Assembly: GCF_009914755.1 (NCBI RefSeq)
Contig: NC_060933.1
Source: the human T2T-CHM13v2.0 reference genome, Homo sapiens
Length of the DNA stretch: 64,000 bases
Direction: 5' to 3' (one strand)
Shown here: piece after piece, positions 1-15,295 of the stretch
Layout of the letters: the number at the start of each line of letters is the position of its first letter
How positions within the stretch are numbered: position 1 is the stretch's first letter
Program-made: the position numbers and the translations under genes
The notes under the pieces: model-generated
Told to the model about the DNA's origin: nothing
What the model saw: the letters and a program-made list of their open reading frames with translations, nothing else
The model's database searches: none

Positions 1-280
<280 letters not shown>

Positions 281-495
281 TCCCACCATCTTTATGTATG
301 CCCATCATTTTGGCATAAGATGGAGCTCACTGCCTGTTTGTTGAATGAATTAACAAAATGAGTCAAGTGACTAGGCCAGGCCACACAGCTGGTTATTCTT
401 CTCATGCCTCATTTTCTCCCTTCTTCTCAGCCTGGATCTGTTCCCCTCCACCCCAGCTGCCCCATGTGAAAGGCCCACCCCGTCCTCCTTCACAC

Positions 496-770
496 CTCAT
501 TCTCTGTCTTTGGTGGGGGGCATTCGAAAACGTCAAAGCCATTTGTCAGCCAGGTTTTCTTCTCCTCCAGCCTGTGTTCTGCTGCCCACCTTGGCATCTT
601 CTCCTCCAACAGGGAGGAAGACCTCCAGCCATCTTCTGCAGCCAGCTTTTCTGTCTGATTCAAGAGCCGGGGTGAGGCTGGGGCCATGGAATTGAAGATA
701 GGTCTCTCTGCAGGCAGTGGGTGGGGTCTCAGCAGCTCAGAGCCAGGCCTAAGGGACACCAGGATTGGGT
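496..770 (-). CDS. CORO2A: Coronin 2A E11, unique region, (D)PILVSLRPG...ECPPPKTENE, to aa 482
   Basis: ccttccag|AC CCA...GAG|gtgtga; 275 nt; phase 1/0; frame stays continuous with the upstream exons. Confidence 0.94.
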
Positions 771-1476
771 CTGGAAGGGAAGCAGAGCCATGTGAGGACG
801 GGGTGCCCACGGGAAGATGGGCATATGGGGCACCAATGACACAGGCAGGCATGCAGAGACACTCAGAGCCATGCAGACCCATGCAACATGTGTGGGAAAT
901 ACAGCTACCTGTGGACAGGCCCAAACCCACAGAGCAGGGCTAACAGATACAAATACCCACGTGTGCCACCCTCAGAGTGAAGCTTGGTTTGTAGGAACAG
1001 CACGGTGCGTGCACTGAAGCAGCCCCCAAACACTTCAAACTCACATGAGACCTTGCCCTTGCTTTGTAAGGACAGTCCCACCCACACTGCACCCCACCAT
1101 CTACCAAGTTCATTAGTTCTCTCACCACCTCCAGAAAGCAGGGGAGGCTGGCATCATGGCTACAGATGAGGAAACTGAGGCCCAGGGAGCAAAACCTACT
1201 TAAGGTTATCCAAAACTAGGACTCGGCCCTGGTCCGCTGCCCCCCAAGGCAGAGGCTCTTCCAGTACACCAGGAGGCCCGCTCAGCCACTGGGGTGGGGG
1301 TGAAGGAAGTTTGTGGGGGTGGAAGGGAGAGGGAGCAGCTGGGGTGACTGCTTCTGCTGGGCTGGCCCCCGTGTTGGCAGGAGCGGGAGAGTGGCTCAGG
1401 ACAGGCAGAGTGGGCAGAGGGACCTGGGTGGGGGTTGCTGCCTGGAGGGCTTCTTGGGTCAAGAAGAATTGCAAAA

Positions 1477-1792
1477 GGCCAGGCCCAGTGGCTCGCACCT
1501 GTAATCCCAGCACTTCGGGAGGCCGAGGCAGGTGGATCACTTGAGGTCAAGAGTTTGAGACCAGCCTGGCCAACATGGCAAAACCCCCATCTCTACTAAA
1601 AATACGAAAAATTAGCTGGGCATGGTGGCACGTGCCTGTAGTCCCAGCTACTCAGGAGGCTGAGGCATGAGAATCACTTGAACCTGGGGGTGGGGTGGAG
1701 GTTGCAGTGAGCTGAGATTGTACCACTGCACTCCAGCCTGGGCAACAAAGCGAGACTCTGTCTCAAAAAAAAAAAAAAAAAAAAAAAAAAAA
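1477..1792 (+). mobile_element. Alu (AluSx-like), full length
   Basis: Dimeric consensus, poly-A, TSD AAGAATTGCA on both sides. Confidence 0.95.
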
Positions 1793-2116
1793 GAATTGCA
1801 GAGGTAGGGGTGGGGAACAGGGACAGGGAGTCTGGCTGAGGTGGTCCAGGCACCCCACATAGCCCCAGAGTGTAAAGAAGCTTTCCGTGGGGCAAAGTCC
1901 CTTGAGTTGGAGTTTTCTGAGCTCTTGGGTCAAGCCCCCTGACTTTCTGGACCTGTATGTGACCATGCTACCCACTGGGGACTGAAGGTCAAGGGCATGG
2001 CTTCTGAGGTCATGAGAGAAGAAAAATCCAGGCCCAACCCCTCTCAATTGCTTGGGGCCACTGGGCACGCCATGTTCCTGTCACATTTGCCTGGGCCTCT
2101 TCTCTGCCTTCCTCAC

Positions 2117-2207
2117 CTCGATTCATCCCGCTGAGCCACTCCTGGGCCGTCAGGGAGGGCTGGGCCCCTGCTGTTGGAGGGTATATGTCCTCTTGGTAGG
2201 ATTCTGA
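2117..2207 (-). CDS. CORO2A: Coronin 2A E10, SESYQEDIYPPTAGAQPSLTAQEWLSGMNR(D)
   Basis: ctgcag|TCA...CGA G|gtgagg; 91 nt; phase 0/1; conserved QEDIYP and EW motifs. Confidence 0.96.
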
Positions 2208-2553
2208 CTGCAGGAGAAATCCAGACAGTGAGGAGGGTGGTAGGGTAGGCTGCTCAGATGGGAAAGGCCCTTAGACCTGGGAGTCCAGGCTCTCACCAAC
2301 CCCTGCTGAATTGAGGAAACTGAGGCCCAGAGAACAAAGGGACTTGCCCGAGGTCACGCAGCAGCTCAAGAACAGAGGTGGACCGAGACCCAGGACTCCT
2401 GACGCCCACTGATGTCACACTGGCTGTGAGAAAGGCCGCTCTGTGGCTGCCCCATGAACGTGGGCTCCAGGCTCTGGTGCCCGACAGCCCTGGGTCTGTC
2501 TTCTCCAGGACAGGTTCCCCACCTGCCTCCCATGCGGTCCCGACTGCCCTTAC

Positions 2554-2666
2554 CCGCCGGGGCACAATCATGGAGATGGGCTCGATGAGGCTTTTGGTTG
2601 TGATCAGCTTGTAGAAGCGGAAGATCTCGCAGGAGGACACGTCGAGTCCTCTCTTTGGCATGACAC
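2554..2666 (-). CDS. CORO2A: Coronin 2A E9, (G)VMPKRGLDVSSCEIFRFYKL...ISMIVPRR
   Basis: ttcag|GT GTC...CGG|gtaagg; 113 nt; phase 1/0. Confidence 0.97.
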
Positions 2667-2879
2667 CTGAAGGCAGACAGGGAGGGCCAAGAGGTTCTGG
2701 CTAGGCTGGGGCCACAGTGTTAGGGCCAAAGCCAGGCTGCACACCTGGACCTGAACAGAGACCAGTCTCCTCCCAGAAAACAGCTCAGGGACAAATACCG
2801 ACACTGGGCTGGGCCCTATGTTGGGAAATGGAGTTGAATTAATCAGACTCTTCACCTTCAAAGATTTAAATTATTTTAG

Positions 2880-3144
<265 letters not shown>

Positions 3145-3719
3145 GCTGAACTTTTATAGGCAGTTTGCTCTGCTTAAGGTTCCCCATCTCCATCCCCACA
3201 GCTCCTGTGACCCAAATGCTCTTAATCAAACCGCTCCAGATTCCTTTTGAGTAGGGTTAGCAGGGTGCATCTTTCTCCAGTCCCTTACTTTTAATCTAGC
3301 CATGTCTTTATGTTTAAAGTGGGTTTCTTGTAGATTACAGAAATATAGCTGTGTTTTTAATCCTCAAGCACACTTAGAAAGGAACTGAGGACTGCTTCCT
3401 AGAGGCTCTTCTAGGTCAGCCCTTTCCATCTCTGCTCTTGTGGTAACTGCTTAACCTTGACCTAGAACACATCCCTCTCTCCCCTGCTGGGCTCTGCTTC
3501 CTCTTTCAGTTCCTCCAATGTTGCCTCCTCTGAGAAGCCTTCCCTGACTTCCTCCTTTGTGCTGTTGCACACGTCAAGTACAGCCCCCACCAAGTCAGAG
3601 TGTTGCTATGCTGTCTCTCCTCCCATCTGACTCATCCCTGTCTCCCCAGACCCCGCACTGAAGCCCTGACCCTGATTCTCCCACCTCGGCCTCCCGAAGT
3701 GCTGGGATTACAGGCATGA

Positions 3720-4346
<627 letters not shown>

Positions 4347-4901
4347 TAATATTCAATCCTCCCCCACCATGACCCAAAGCCCACCCTTTTTCCTCTAAGA
4401 CAGAAGCTCTGGGAAGACAAGTCCAAATCCCGCTCCTATCTGAGAGCAGCAGCAAAAGTCAGAACTGGGGTGGCCTCAGAGGTCATCCAGAAGGTCTTAC
4501 CATGGGGAACATTTCTGGTTGTCATAATGACTTGGATGGAGGGGGAGAGATGCTGTTCTTGGCACTGGTGGGCAGGGGCCAGGGCTGCCAGACATGGGAT
4601 AGTCCTACCCAGTGGAGACCTGTTCTGCCCCCAGTTTAGCAGGTGCCCCTGCTGAGAAACACCAATGGTCCCCCCACATCTGGGCCTGGAGTTGGGAAGA
4701 GACAAGGTCAAGGTGTCCAGCCAGAGCCCTGGCTCCAGGTGTTCCTAGGGAGCCAGGAGGGTGGGAGGGGTTCCTTCTCACAGGGAAAGAGTGGCCAGCG
4801 AGGCCTGCCCATCCCTGCCCTGTGTTCCCAATGGCCCCAGGCTGCTGTCTGCCGCTGTCTCAGGGGTCCAGGAGGTCACCTCCCTCCCGTGCCAAGCCGA
4901 C

Positions 4902-5006
4902 CTTCCCCACCACGTAGAGCATGCTGGTGTCCGCGTCATAGAAGGGAAACAGCACGCCCGAGGAGCCGTCCAGGTCCTCCTCCATCAGAGGCACAGAGAG
5001 GTTATC
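4902..5006 (-). CDS. CORO2A: Coronin 2A E7, aa 256-290, DNLSVPLMEEDLDGSSGVLFPFYDADTSMLYVVGK
   Basis: cctgcag|GAT...AAG|gtcggc; 105 nt; conserved coronin PFYD motif. Confidence 0.96.
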
Positions 5007-5177
5007 CTGCAGGGGAAGGGGAGGCAGGGAAGGCCTGGGTCACTCCTGGGGGCCCTCAGTGGTGCTCCCGGAGATAAGAATTGCTGCCATGGTGCTCTGG
5101 GCGAGAGTGTGTGTGTCAGAGAAAAAGTGTGATTTTTTTATATGTGTGTGCGGGGGGAAGATGTCCCTGGTTCTTGA

Positions 5178-5566
<389 letters not shown>

Positions 5567-6132
5567 ATAACAAATCACTTTTGACACACCCGATCTCATT
5601 CCAATCTTCCCCTACCTGTTTTTTAAAATTTATTTTAATAGATGAAGAAGGAGACTCAGAGAGAAAATGTGATTTGTCCAGTCTTTGAAACTCTGTCAAA
5701 TGCTCCCTCAAAATACTACCGCCAGCTTGGCCCTCACCCTACCCTGCTCCACCCTCAGCTGTCCCAATGAAAGCTCCTTCTCCCCATACCCGTTAGTACC
5801 TCATTTGCTCCAGGTGCACCCTCAGCCCAGATGGCCCTCTCCTTCTCCCTTCCTCCTAGTCCTGGTCCCAGACTCAGCTACCTCCCCTCCTCTAGCCAAC
5901 GGACTCCCCTGGGTCCTGACCCATCTCCCTCCTTGGGTGGCAAGATACACAGGGTCTGGGCTCGCCCGGGGCTGTCAGCATCTCCCTGCTATTCATCCCC
6001 GGATCCCCAGCACCTGGCAGTCTACGCTAAATGTGTGTGTCATAAATGGGTGTCTAAATGAATGCATGCATGAATGAATGACACTGGCTCTCAGCTGAGG
6101 GGTGATGGTGAGGGGTGGGGTGCAGCCCTCAC

Positions 6133-6249
6133 CTGGTCCCACAAGGCCACCTGCCGGTTGTTCCATCGGGATGTGCCTGTGGACATCAGCTTCTTCAGGT
6201 TCCCCAGAAACAGCACTTTGCTGGCCCGGTGCCCTTTGTAGCTGGCCTC
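6133..6249 (-). CDS. CORO2A: Coronin 2A E6, aa 217-255, EASYKGHRAS...RQVALWDQ
   Basis: ctccag|GAG...CAG|gtgagg; 117 nt. Confidence 0.96.
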
Positions 6250-6985
6250 CTGGAGGGACACGTGCGGTCGGTATTGGAGAGACAGTAGAGGATCGGGGGC
6301 AGCTGGGGTTTCTGGCCTCCCTGCTTTGCTTATGCCACCGCTCCACCTGGGAGGCCTCCCTTTCTCACCCCAGCTCTGCCTGGAGATTCTTCCCAGGGGC
6401 ACCACCTGGATCCCTCTCATCCACATGGAGTCTCTCCCCACTATCTTTGTTAAGAGTTATTTTTCTGAGCAAGAACAGAAACAAACTTCTGCCCAGCGCC
6501 CTGTTCTTGCTGAAAGAGTATTGGGCATCCCTACAGGGGCGGGCACTGTCACCTGGCCTGTCTTATCTAATCCTTGGAGAGGAAGGACTAACAGCCCATT
6601 GTTGCAAATGAGAAAACAGAGGCTCAGAGCAGGAAGCGCTTGCCCAAGGCTGCACAGTGGCTAAACAGTGGTATCGTCGGCTCTCCTGACCCCCTGGCCA
6701 GAGCTGAGGCACGCCAACAAGCTTTGGAGTCAGACCAGGTTCAGATCCCAGCTCTCCATGGGGGTGAGTCATTTCATCTCTCACGGGCCTCAGTTTTCTC
6801 ATCTGCAAAATGGAAAGGACATATCCCACCTTCCAGCAATCCCGAGAGGACAGACAGGGATGCTGCCTGTGAAGGCGCAGCCCAGACGCTGACAGCATCA
6901 CTGTCCTGTTCTCTGAAGCCTCTCTCTGTCCCCACTCTGCTCCTTGCTCCTCTGAGCCTGAGCCAGCCCCTGGCCCAGAACTGAC

Positions 6986-7165
6986 CTGGAGGACGGTCCC
7001 TGCTCGGGGGTCAATAACCCGAATCTTGCGGTCTTTGCAGGTGGTGGCCAACAGGCTGCCGTTGGTGTTGAAGGACATGGAGAGGATCACATCTTGGTGA
7101 CAGCTAATCGTACTCATGGGGCTTGTGATGACAGACTCCTTTGTATCCAGGTTCCAGATCATCAC
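6986..7165 (-). CDS. CORO2A: Coronin 2A E5, aa 157-216, VMIWNLDTK...RVIDPRAGTVLQ (WD40)
   Basis: atgcag|GTG...CAG|gtcagt; 180 nt. Confidence 0.97.
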
Positions 7166-7711
7166 CTGCATGGCAGAGAGCCAGCTCTGAGCACAGGGGC
7201 CACCTTGCCCCTGGGCCTCATAGTTACATGCTGGCCAGGATGCAGTGAAACACAGTATCCCTGGGAGGGTGGCGCAGCTGGCAGCCTGGCCAAGAAGCCT
7301 CAGTGGGAGGATGATGTGCAGGCTGAAGCTGCTTGTGGCAGGAGGGGGAATCCCAGGGCCAGGCTGTCTAGTGGTGAAAGGAAAACGCCACCTGCCTCTG
7401 AGCAACAAAACATCCATGCTGGGAGGACCCCAGGGAACCAGCTAATCCAGGCGGTTTCAGTTATTAGCAGCAGTTTGCACCTCCCACAGATCAACAGGGC
7501 TGTATGTTTAGCTGCACAGGCTGTGCATGCAGAGGTCCAGGGCAATCCATTCCTATAGACTAGGACGTGACTAGTGCCCCCTGAAGTTGGGTATAGAACA
7601 ACCAGCACAAATACACGCAGCAGCTCTGCAGACACCCCATACAAACAGATGAGAAAGCGCTGTGGATCGGAAGAGCGAGGGCCCAGGTTCCCTCAGTGCT
7701 CCCCACAACAA

Positions 7712-7999
7712 TTTTAGTTATTTATTTTTGAGACAGGATTGCCCAGGCTGCAGTACAGTGGCATGATCATGGCTCACTGTAGCATCAACCTCCTGGGCTC
7801 AAGTGATCCTCCCACCTCAGCCTCCTGAGTAGCTGGGACTACTTGACGCATTTTCCCACACCTGGCTAATTTTTTCTATTTTTTTGTAGAGATGGGGTCT
7901 CACTATGTTGGCTGGTCTCAAATCCTTGGGCTCAAGTGATCCTCCCACCTCAGCCTCTCAAACTGTTGGGATTACAGGTGTGAGCCACCATGTCCGGCC
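7712..7999 (-). mobile_element. Alu (AluJ-like)
   Basis: Consensus match. Confidence 0.9.
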
Positions 8000-8321
8000 C
8001 CCCACCTCCCTTTTATCCAACACAGAGGGTCCCGAGGTGTCTCTGTAAACCCCTATAGTGTCAAAAGGAAAGAACTGAAAGGCCATAGCTATGGTGCCAC
8101 CAATTCCATTTGTGTACAGATTGGGAAACTGAGGCCTAGAGAAGTCAAGGCACTTTCCCAGGCTATAGTGCAGGTCAGAGACTGAGTCGGAATAGAATTG
8201 AGGTCTCCTGTACTGTGGGTCCCAATCTACAGGGCCTACTGCCTGCATGCTTGATTGTCAGTGGAGCAGGGTCGGGGGAACGATTTTCTGGGCAGTGCCA
8301 TCCCATCCACTCCGGGCAGGC

Positions 8322-8745
8322 TATAATGAGTTGAACAGGGTTCCCCCCAAAACTCATGTCCACCTGGAACCTCAGAATGTGACCTTATTTGGAAATGGGG
8401 TCTTCGCTGCTGAAATTAGTTAAGATGAGATCATAATGGATTAGGTGGGCCCTAAATCCAATGATAGTTGCTCTCCTCTTCCTATAAGGAAGACAGGTAC
8501 ACAGAGAGAAGGCCGTGTGAAGACAGAAACAGAGCCTGGAGTGACGCAGCTATAGCCAAGGATGCCTGGAGCCACCAGAAGCTGGGAGAGGCATGGAAGG
8601 ATTCTTCCCTAGGGCATCTGGAGGGAGCTGGCTCTCCCAACACCTTGATTTTCGATTTCTGGTCTCCAGAACTGTGACAGAATACATTTCCATTGTATTC
8701 CAGTTTGTGGGAACTTGTTGGGGCTGCCCCAGAGAAAGAATACCC
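8322..8745 (+). mobile_element. MaLR solo LTR (MLT1C/D-like), ending close to the E4 donor
   Basis: MLT1 hallmarks: GAACCTCAGAATGTGACCTTATTTGGAAAT; GCCAAGGATGCCTGGAGCCACCAGAAGCTGGGAGAGGCATGGAAGG; CTCCAGAACTGTGA. Confidence 0.8.
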
Positions 8746-8753
8746 AGACTCAC

Positions 8754-8903
8754 CTTGTAGTCATAGCCAGCACTGAAGAGGATGTTGGCGGCCGTGGGGT
8801 GCCACTCCACCAGGCCTACTCTGCGCGCGTGGCCCACGAGTTCCTTCCTGTAGGCCGTGAGGTTCCTGGTCAGCAGCTGCTTGGGGATGCTCCAGATCTT
8901 AAT
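8754..8903 (-). CDS. CORO2A: Coronin 2A E4, aa 107-156, IKIWSIP...GHARRVGLVEWHPTAANILFSAGYDYK (WD40)
   Basis: ctgccag|ATT...AAG|gtgagt; 150 nt. Confidence 0.97.
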
Positions 8904-10801
8904 CTGGCAGGGGAGACAGGGCCCAAGGCAGCATTAGCCAGGGCACCTTGGCACCGTCACCAGCCTAAGCCACAGATCTGGCAGTGACCAGCAGAAGGAC
9001 CAAGGGAGCTCTCTCCATAGCCACCTCCCACTCAGTGGCTATGGGCATTGAGGGGCAGTGGAGGGGCAGCTGAGGGTCCTCAGACAGACAGGGGCTTCCC
9101 CAAGCTCCTCCAGCCTGAGCAGGGGCCAGCGCTGACCAGGGATGAGTCTAGGCCTCCAAATCTGCCCTTGAGAGATCTTTGTCATCCTGCTGGCCTGAGG
9201 TGGTGGGCAGGTGGCTGGGTTTCAGGCCTGTCTCCTAAGCTAGGATATCCCCAAAGTACAGTGTTCTTCTTGTCCCAAAGACCCAGGGTAGAGCCTCAAA
9301 TGCCAGGATGAAGGGTTTAGGCTGCATCCTCAGGCACTAGGGAGCCGGCGAGGTCTCTGCAGCAGGGCAGGGACAAACTTCTTGCTTTGGAGGTGCACCC
9401 TGGATGGCCTGCAAGAGGAAACTCTGAAGGTCAGGAGGCTGGGCTGGATGGGGTCATGGGCCTGTATTTCATGGTGAGGGCCTGAGAAGAGGTGCTGGGA
9501 CTTCCTTCCAGAGTAGTGTTGTCTGAAGATGGAGGGGGCTGCCATGGCAGAGAGTAAGCTCCCTGTCACAGAGGTATACAAATGGAGTACAAGGTGATCC
9601 TGGGATGCTGCTGACTTGATCTTCCTTATTGGTCCTGCAAGGTTCTCTGGCCCCTAGTTGATTGTATGCACTGTTTCCCTTAGAGGTATACAGGTTTTTC
9701 AGGTAGACGACTTTGCTTTCAATTCAGCAAATATTTATTTCCTGGTCATCTTGGATTTAAAACCAGGAAGCCAACCCCACGAGAGTAGTGACAGGCTCCA
9801 GATACTTCGGTCTGATGAGGGCTGTCACTGCATAGAACCCCGGGAGGAAGACACACTCTGAAGAGGTATGTTTGGAAGATGAAGGTACCACCCGCAACAC
9901 TGAAGCAGAGAAGACTCCCCACTGCTAGAGGAGCAACCGTGCCCTCCAGGCCCTGAAGGCAGGGAGGAACACCCCATAAATTCACTGTGGGCATAGCTTC
10001 GGGGAGGAAAGCCCCTTCCTTCTTCAGTCCCCCAACAGTCACGTCCTGCCCTGGGGCATCGGGGAAGGGGCAGTGGCAGGCAATGAGGCTAGCAAGAGAT
10101 TTATAAAGATCTTGATGGGAGCCTTCAAAGCAGTCCTGAAAAGGCAGGTATCACAAAAGTGGGGACAGTTTCAGATATTTGATATCCTGCCAGAGGCCCT
10201 ATACTCCCTGGGGACAGGGCCAATTCTCACAGGACCTGATTGTCCCTTTGGTGAAATCACCTCGGCAGACACTGTCCTTTACGTTCCTCAGCATCTGCTA
10301 TATGGAAACCGACACAAATCCTCTTTGAATTTTCTGCCTTCCTTTCCTGATGAACTGGTCTGCTTCTTTTGATCTAACTGAAGGTTTTGCAATACATTCT
10401 GTTGCCCATTTTGCCTTGGCTGCCAGGTAGCTCTTAGCTAAACTAGCAGCTTAGCTGCTGCAACCCTTCTTAGCCATCATTTCTAGTATTTCCTCAGTTT
10501 CTCCATCTGTGGCTGCTTCTCTTTAAAGATGTGTCACAGCACATTGGAAAGAGAATGGGCTGTGGAATCAGACAGGCCTCAGTCTGAAGTCTTGCTCTGC
10601 CTCCCACAGGCTGTGTAACATTAGGCAAATTGCTGTACCTCTCTGATCCTCAGCTTCTCCATCAGAAAAATATCCTACCTTGTGGGGTTGCTGGGGAGAC
10701 TGTGAAATGATAAGTGTGATGACAGTTAGGAATACAGTGGGCTCACAATAAATGGTGACAATGACTTTTATCTTTATTTTAATCATCTGATCATATCTGT
10801 G

Positions 10802-10934
10802 TTTTTTAATTTTTTAATAGAGACAGGGTCTCACTATGTTGCCTAGGTTGGTCTCCAACTCCTGGCCTCAAGTGATTCTCCCACCTCAGTCTCCCAAAGT
10901 GCTGAGATTACAGGTGTGAGCCACTGAACCTGGC
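10802..10934 (-). mobile_element. Alu left monomer (FLAM-like)
   Basis: Single Alu arm with T-tail. Confidence 0.85.
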
Positions 10935-11519
10935 ATATCTGTGGTTCTTGTCTTAAGCCATACCACCATATTTTAGAAGTGGGTACAAAATGAATTGTAA
11001 ATAAGTAACACTGAACATTGTTGGGGCAGGGATGATAACCCTGGTACAGAACACGGGCTCAAAAAAGTGAGTGAGACTGAAGCTGCTGGAATGGTTTTAG
11101 TGTCCACATTCATCCAAGGCCCTCACAGCCTTTTATAGCTCGCTTCCTCACTATGGGATTAAGTGGAACATCTTTTCTGATCACCATAAAAATGCCCCTC
11201 ATAGCCTTTTATAGCTCCCCGAAGGATGGGTTTTCCCATCGGAATATACATTTTCACTGGGCTTTATTAGCTGGGTGGAACTATTATGCCCATTTTATAT
11301 GGGGGGGAACTAAGGCCCATAGAGAGGAGGGGTGGTGCCGCTAGTCCTACAGCACCAAGAATGTCTCCTCCTCTACCTTAACTTAACACCTCCCCACACA
11401 GTGACCTCACCTCCGCGATGGAGTCAGGGGCACCAGAGCCAAGAACAGGTACCATTCCACCCCAACCACCCCAATCCCACTCTTCAGGAAGGGGAAGCCC
11501 CTCAGGGGCTGACACTCAC

Positions 11520-11636
11520 TGTGGCATCTTCAGAACAGGAGGCGATCTCAAAATCATCAAAAGGGTTCCACTTGACATCCAAAACGTTGCCTCTGTGCCC
11601 GCAGACTTTTGGGTAGTGGGGGTCCAACTTCCCTGT
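11520..11636 (-). CDS. CORO2A: Coronin 2A E3, aa 68-106, TGKLDPHYPKVCGHRGNVLDVKWNPFDDFEIASCSEDAT (WD40)
   Basis: ttgcag|ACA...ACA|gtgagt; 117 nt; phase 0/0; translated by hand (not in the ORF track). Confidence 0.96.
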
Positions 11637-11939
11637 CTGCAAGACAGTGCCCAGGAGGGTTGGGGAGGAGGTGGATTCCACATTAGCATCTGGACAGTCA
11701 CATAGTCAGTTAGCAACCAGTCAACAGGAAAACATAAGGGACAGAGCTGGGTGTGAATCTAGGCCTTACTTCTTATTCCCTGTGGGATCCTGGGGGAGTT
11801 ACTTCACTTCTCTGAGCTCTGGTGTCCTCCTCAGTAAAAGGGAGCAATCACAGGTATTTCACAGGTTGGTGTGAGGATCATGGGAGAGGAGGTATGGCAC
11901 AGTGCCTAGCACATGGCAGATGTTCAATAAAAGGGCATT

Positions 11940-13795
<1,856 letters not shown>

Positions 13796-14390
13796 ACATA
13801 GAAAGGGCATTTCCCTCATTTTCCCCTTTCCTAATGAGAATTCCTGTATAGGTGCTGGGAGGGACATACAGGTCCCCCAGCCCATGCCACACAGCCCTGA
13901 AGCTATTTCCAACTCCACCAAGAGACTTGGATTTCTTGGGGTCATAGAGAAACCACACCAGTTCAGTCACAGAACCTTGGACTGGCAGTGACCAATCTGC
14001 TCATTTTGCACATCACATTGCATGGCCCTGGCAGAACAGGGACCAGGACCCAGGCCCTCGACCTCCCACATCCACCATCTAGTTCCAGGTTCTTGAGCCA
14101 CCCACCAGAATGCTCCCCCAGCCATTTTTATATCTAAGTGAAAGAGACAGCTGAGAAGAAAACTGGCCAACATCCATCCATCCCACAAATATTCCCGAGG
14201 TGCCCAGGGGACAGGTGCTGTTGGAGGGGCTGATTGCAAGGTGAACACTCAACATAGTCCTTGACTTTGCAGAATCAATAGTCTTGGGATTTTTTCTAGA
14301 GGGACTTTCAAGAACAGGGTGGACTCAGGGAACACCCAACCTTCTCTTCTTCCATCACCTCCCCATCTGTGTAGAGACCACTGTACTTGT

Positions 14391-14690
14391 TTTTTTTTTT
14401 TTTAAGAGACAGGGTCTCACTCTGTTGTCCAGGCTGGAGTGCAGTGGTGCAATCATGATTCACTGTAGCCTCGAACTCGGGGTAAGACAATCTTCCCACC
14501 TCACCCTCCCAAGTTCCAGGCTAAGAACTACAGGCATGTGTCACCAAGCTCAGCTAATTTTTAAAATTATTTGTAGAGATGGGGTCTTGCTATGTTGCCC
14601 AGGCTGGTCTTGAACTCCTGGGCTCAAACAATCTTCCCAACTTGCCCTCCTAAAGTGAGGGATTACAGGCATGGGCCACCGTGCCTGGCC
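14391..14690 (-). mobile_element. Alu (AluJ-like)
   Basis: Consensus match. Confidence 0.88.
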
Positions 14691-15295
14691 TATGCATGCA
14701 TTTTAGTAGCTCTGCAAACAGAGGAGGTGGTCCTGTGCCTCCCTCTGGAAATACTCTGGCTAATCCAGGTCTCTCCCCTCAGGAAAAAGTGATCAGACAC
14801 CTCCGCCTAGACTGGATCCCCTACTGGAGGGGACAACGCTATAAAGGACATTATTTAACAAATCTAAACAAGAACGGTAGATTACAGTATTATCACAACA
14901 TTAAACTTATATAAGTTGATAATGTACTGCAGTAATGTAAGAGAATATTTGTATTTTTAGGAAACAGTATTTAGGGATGAAGGGCTAAGATGGATGTAAC
15001 TTACCCTCAAAGAGTTCTGAAAACAAAAAATTATACACACACCTACACATTCAGAGGGAGAAAGAGAACCAAAAAAAAAGGAAAGAATGTGGACTTGTGT
15101 CCTTTGTTAGTGATGTGCATGGAGGGAGGTGAAAATTTTCTCTCTTTCAAGTGGTCTCTGCCTCTTCTACAGCAGGACAGGGGAGAGAGGTGCATGCTTC
15201 CTGCCCTGTCCTGGCAGGGCGGTACCTGGAGCTAGGGTCTTAGAAGGACACTGCACCCACAGGCCCTGGCCCAGGTCTCCATGGGACCACTGACC

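Noticed and set aside
6247-6252. NAGNAG tandem acceptor (CAG GAG) at E6
   Set aside because: A distal GAG after a proximal CAG is rarely used; no evidence from sequence alone.
6563-7417. 284-aa minus-strand ORF
   Set aside because: Only the central 60 aa (E5) are coronin; the flanks are intron/MIR read-through beyond canonical splice sites.
10073-10520. Unique-looking stretch as a pseudogene or hidden exon
   Set aside because: Hand translation of minus-strand frames and the plus-strand ORF gave short, unrecognisable peptides.
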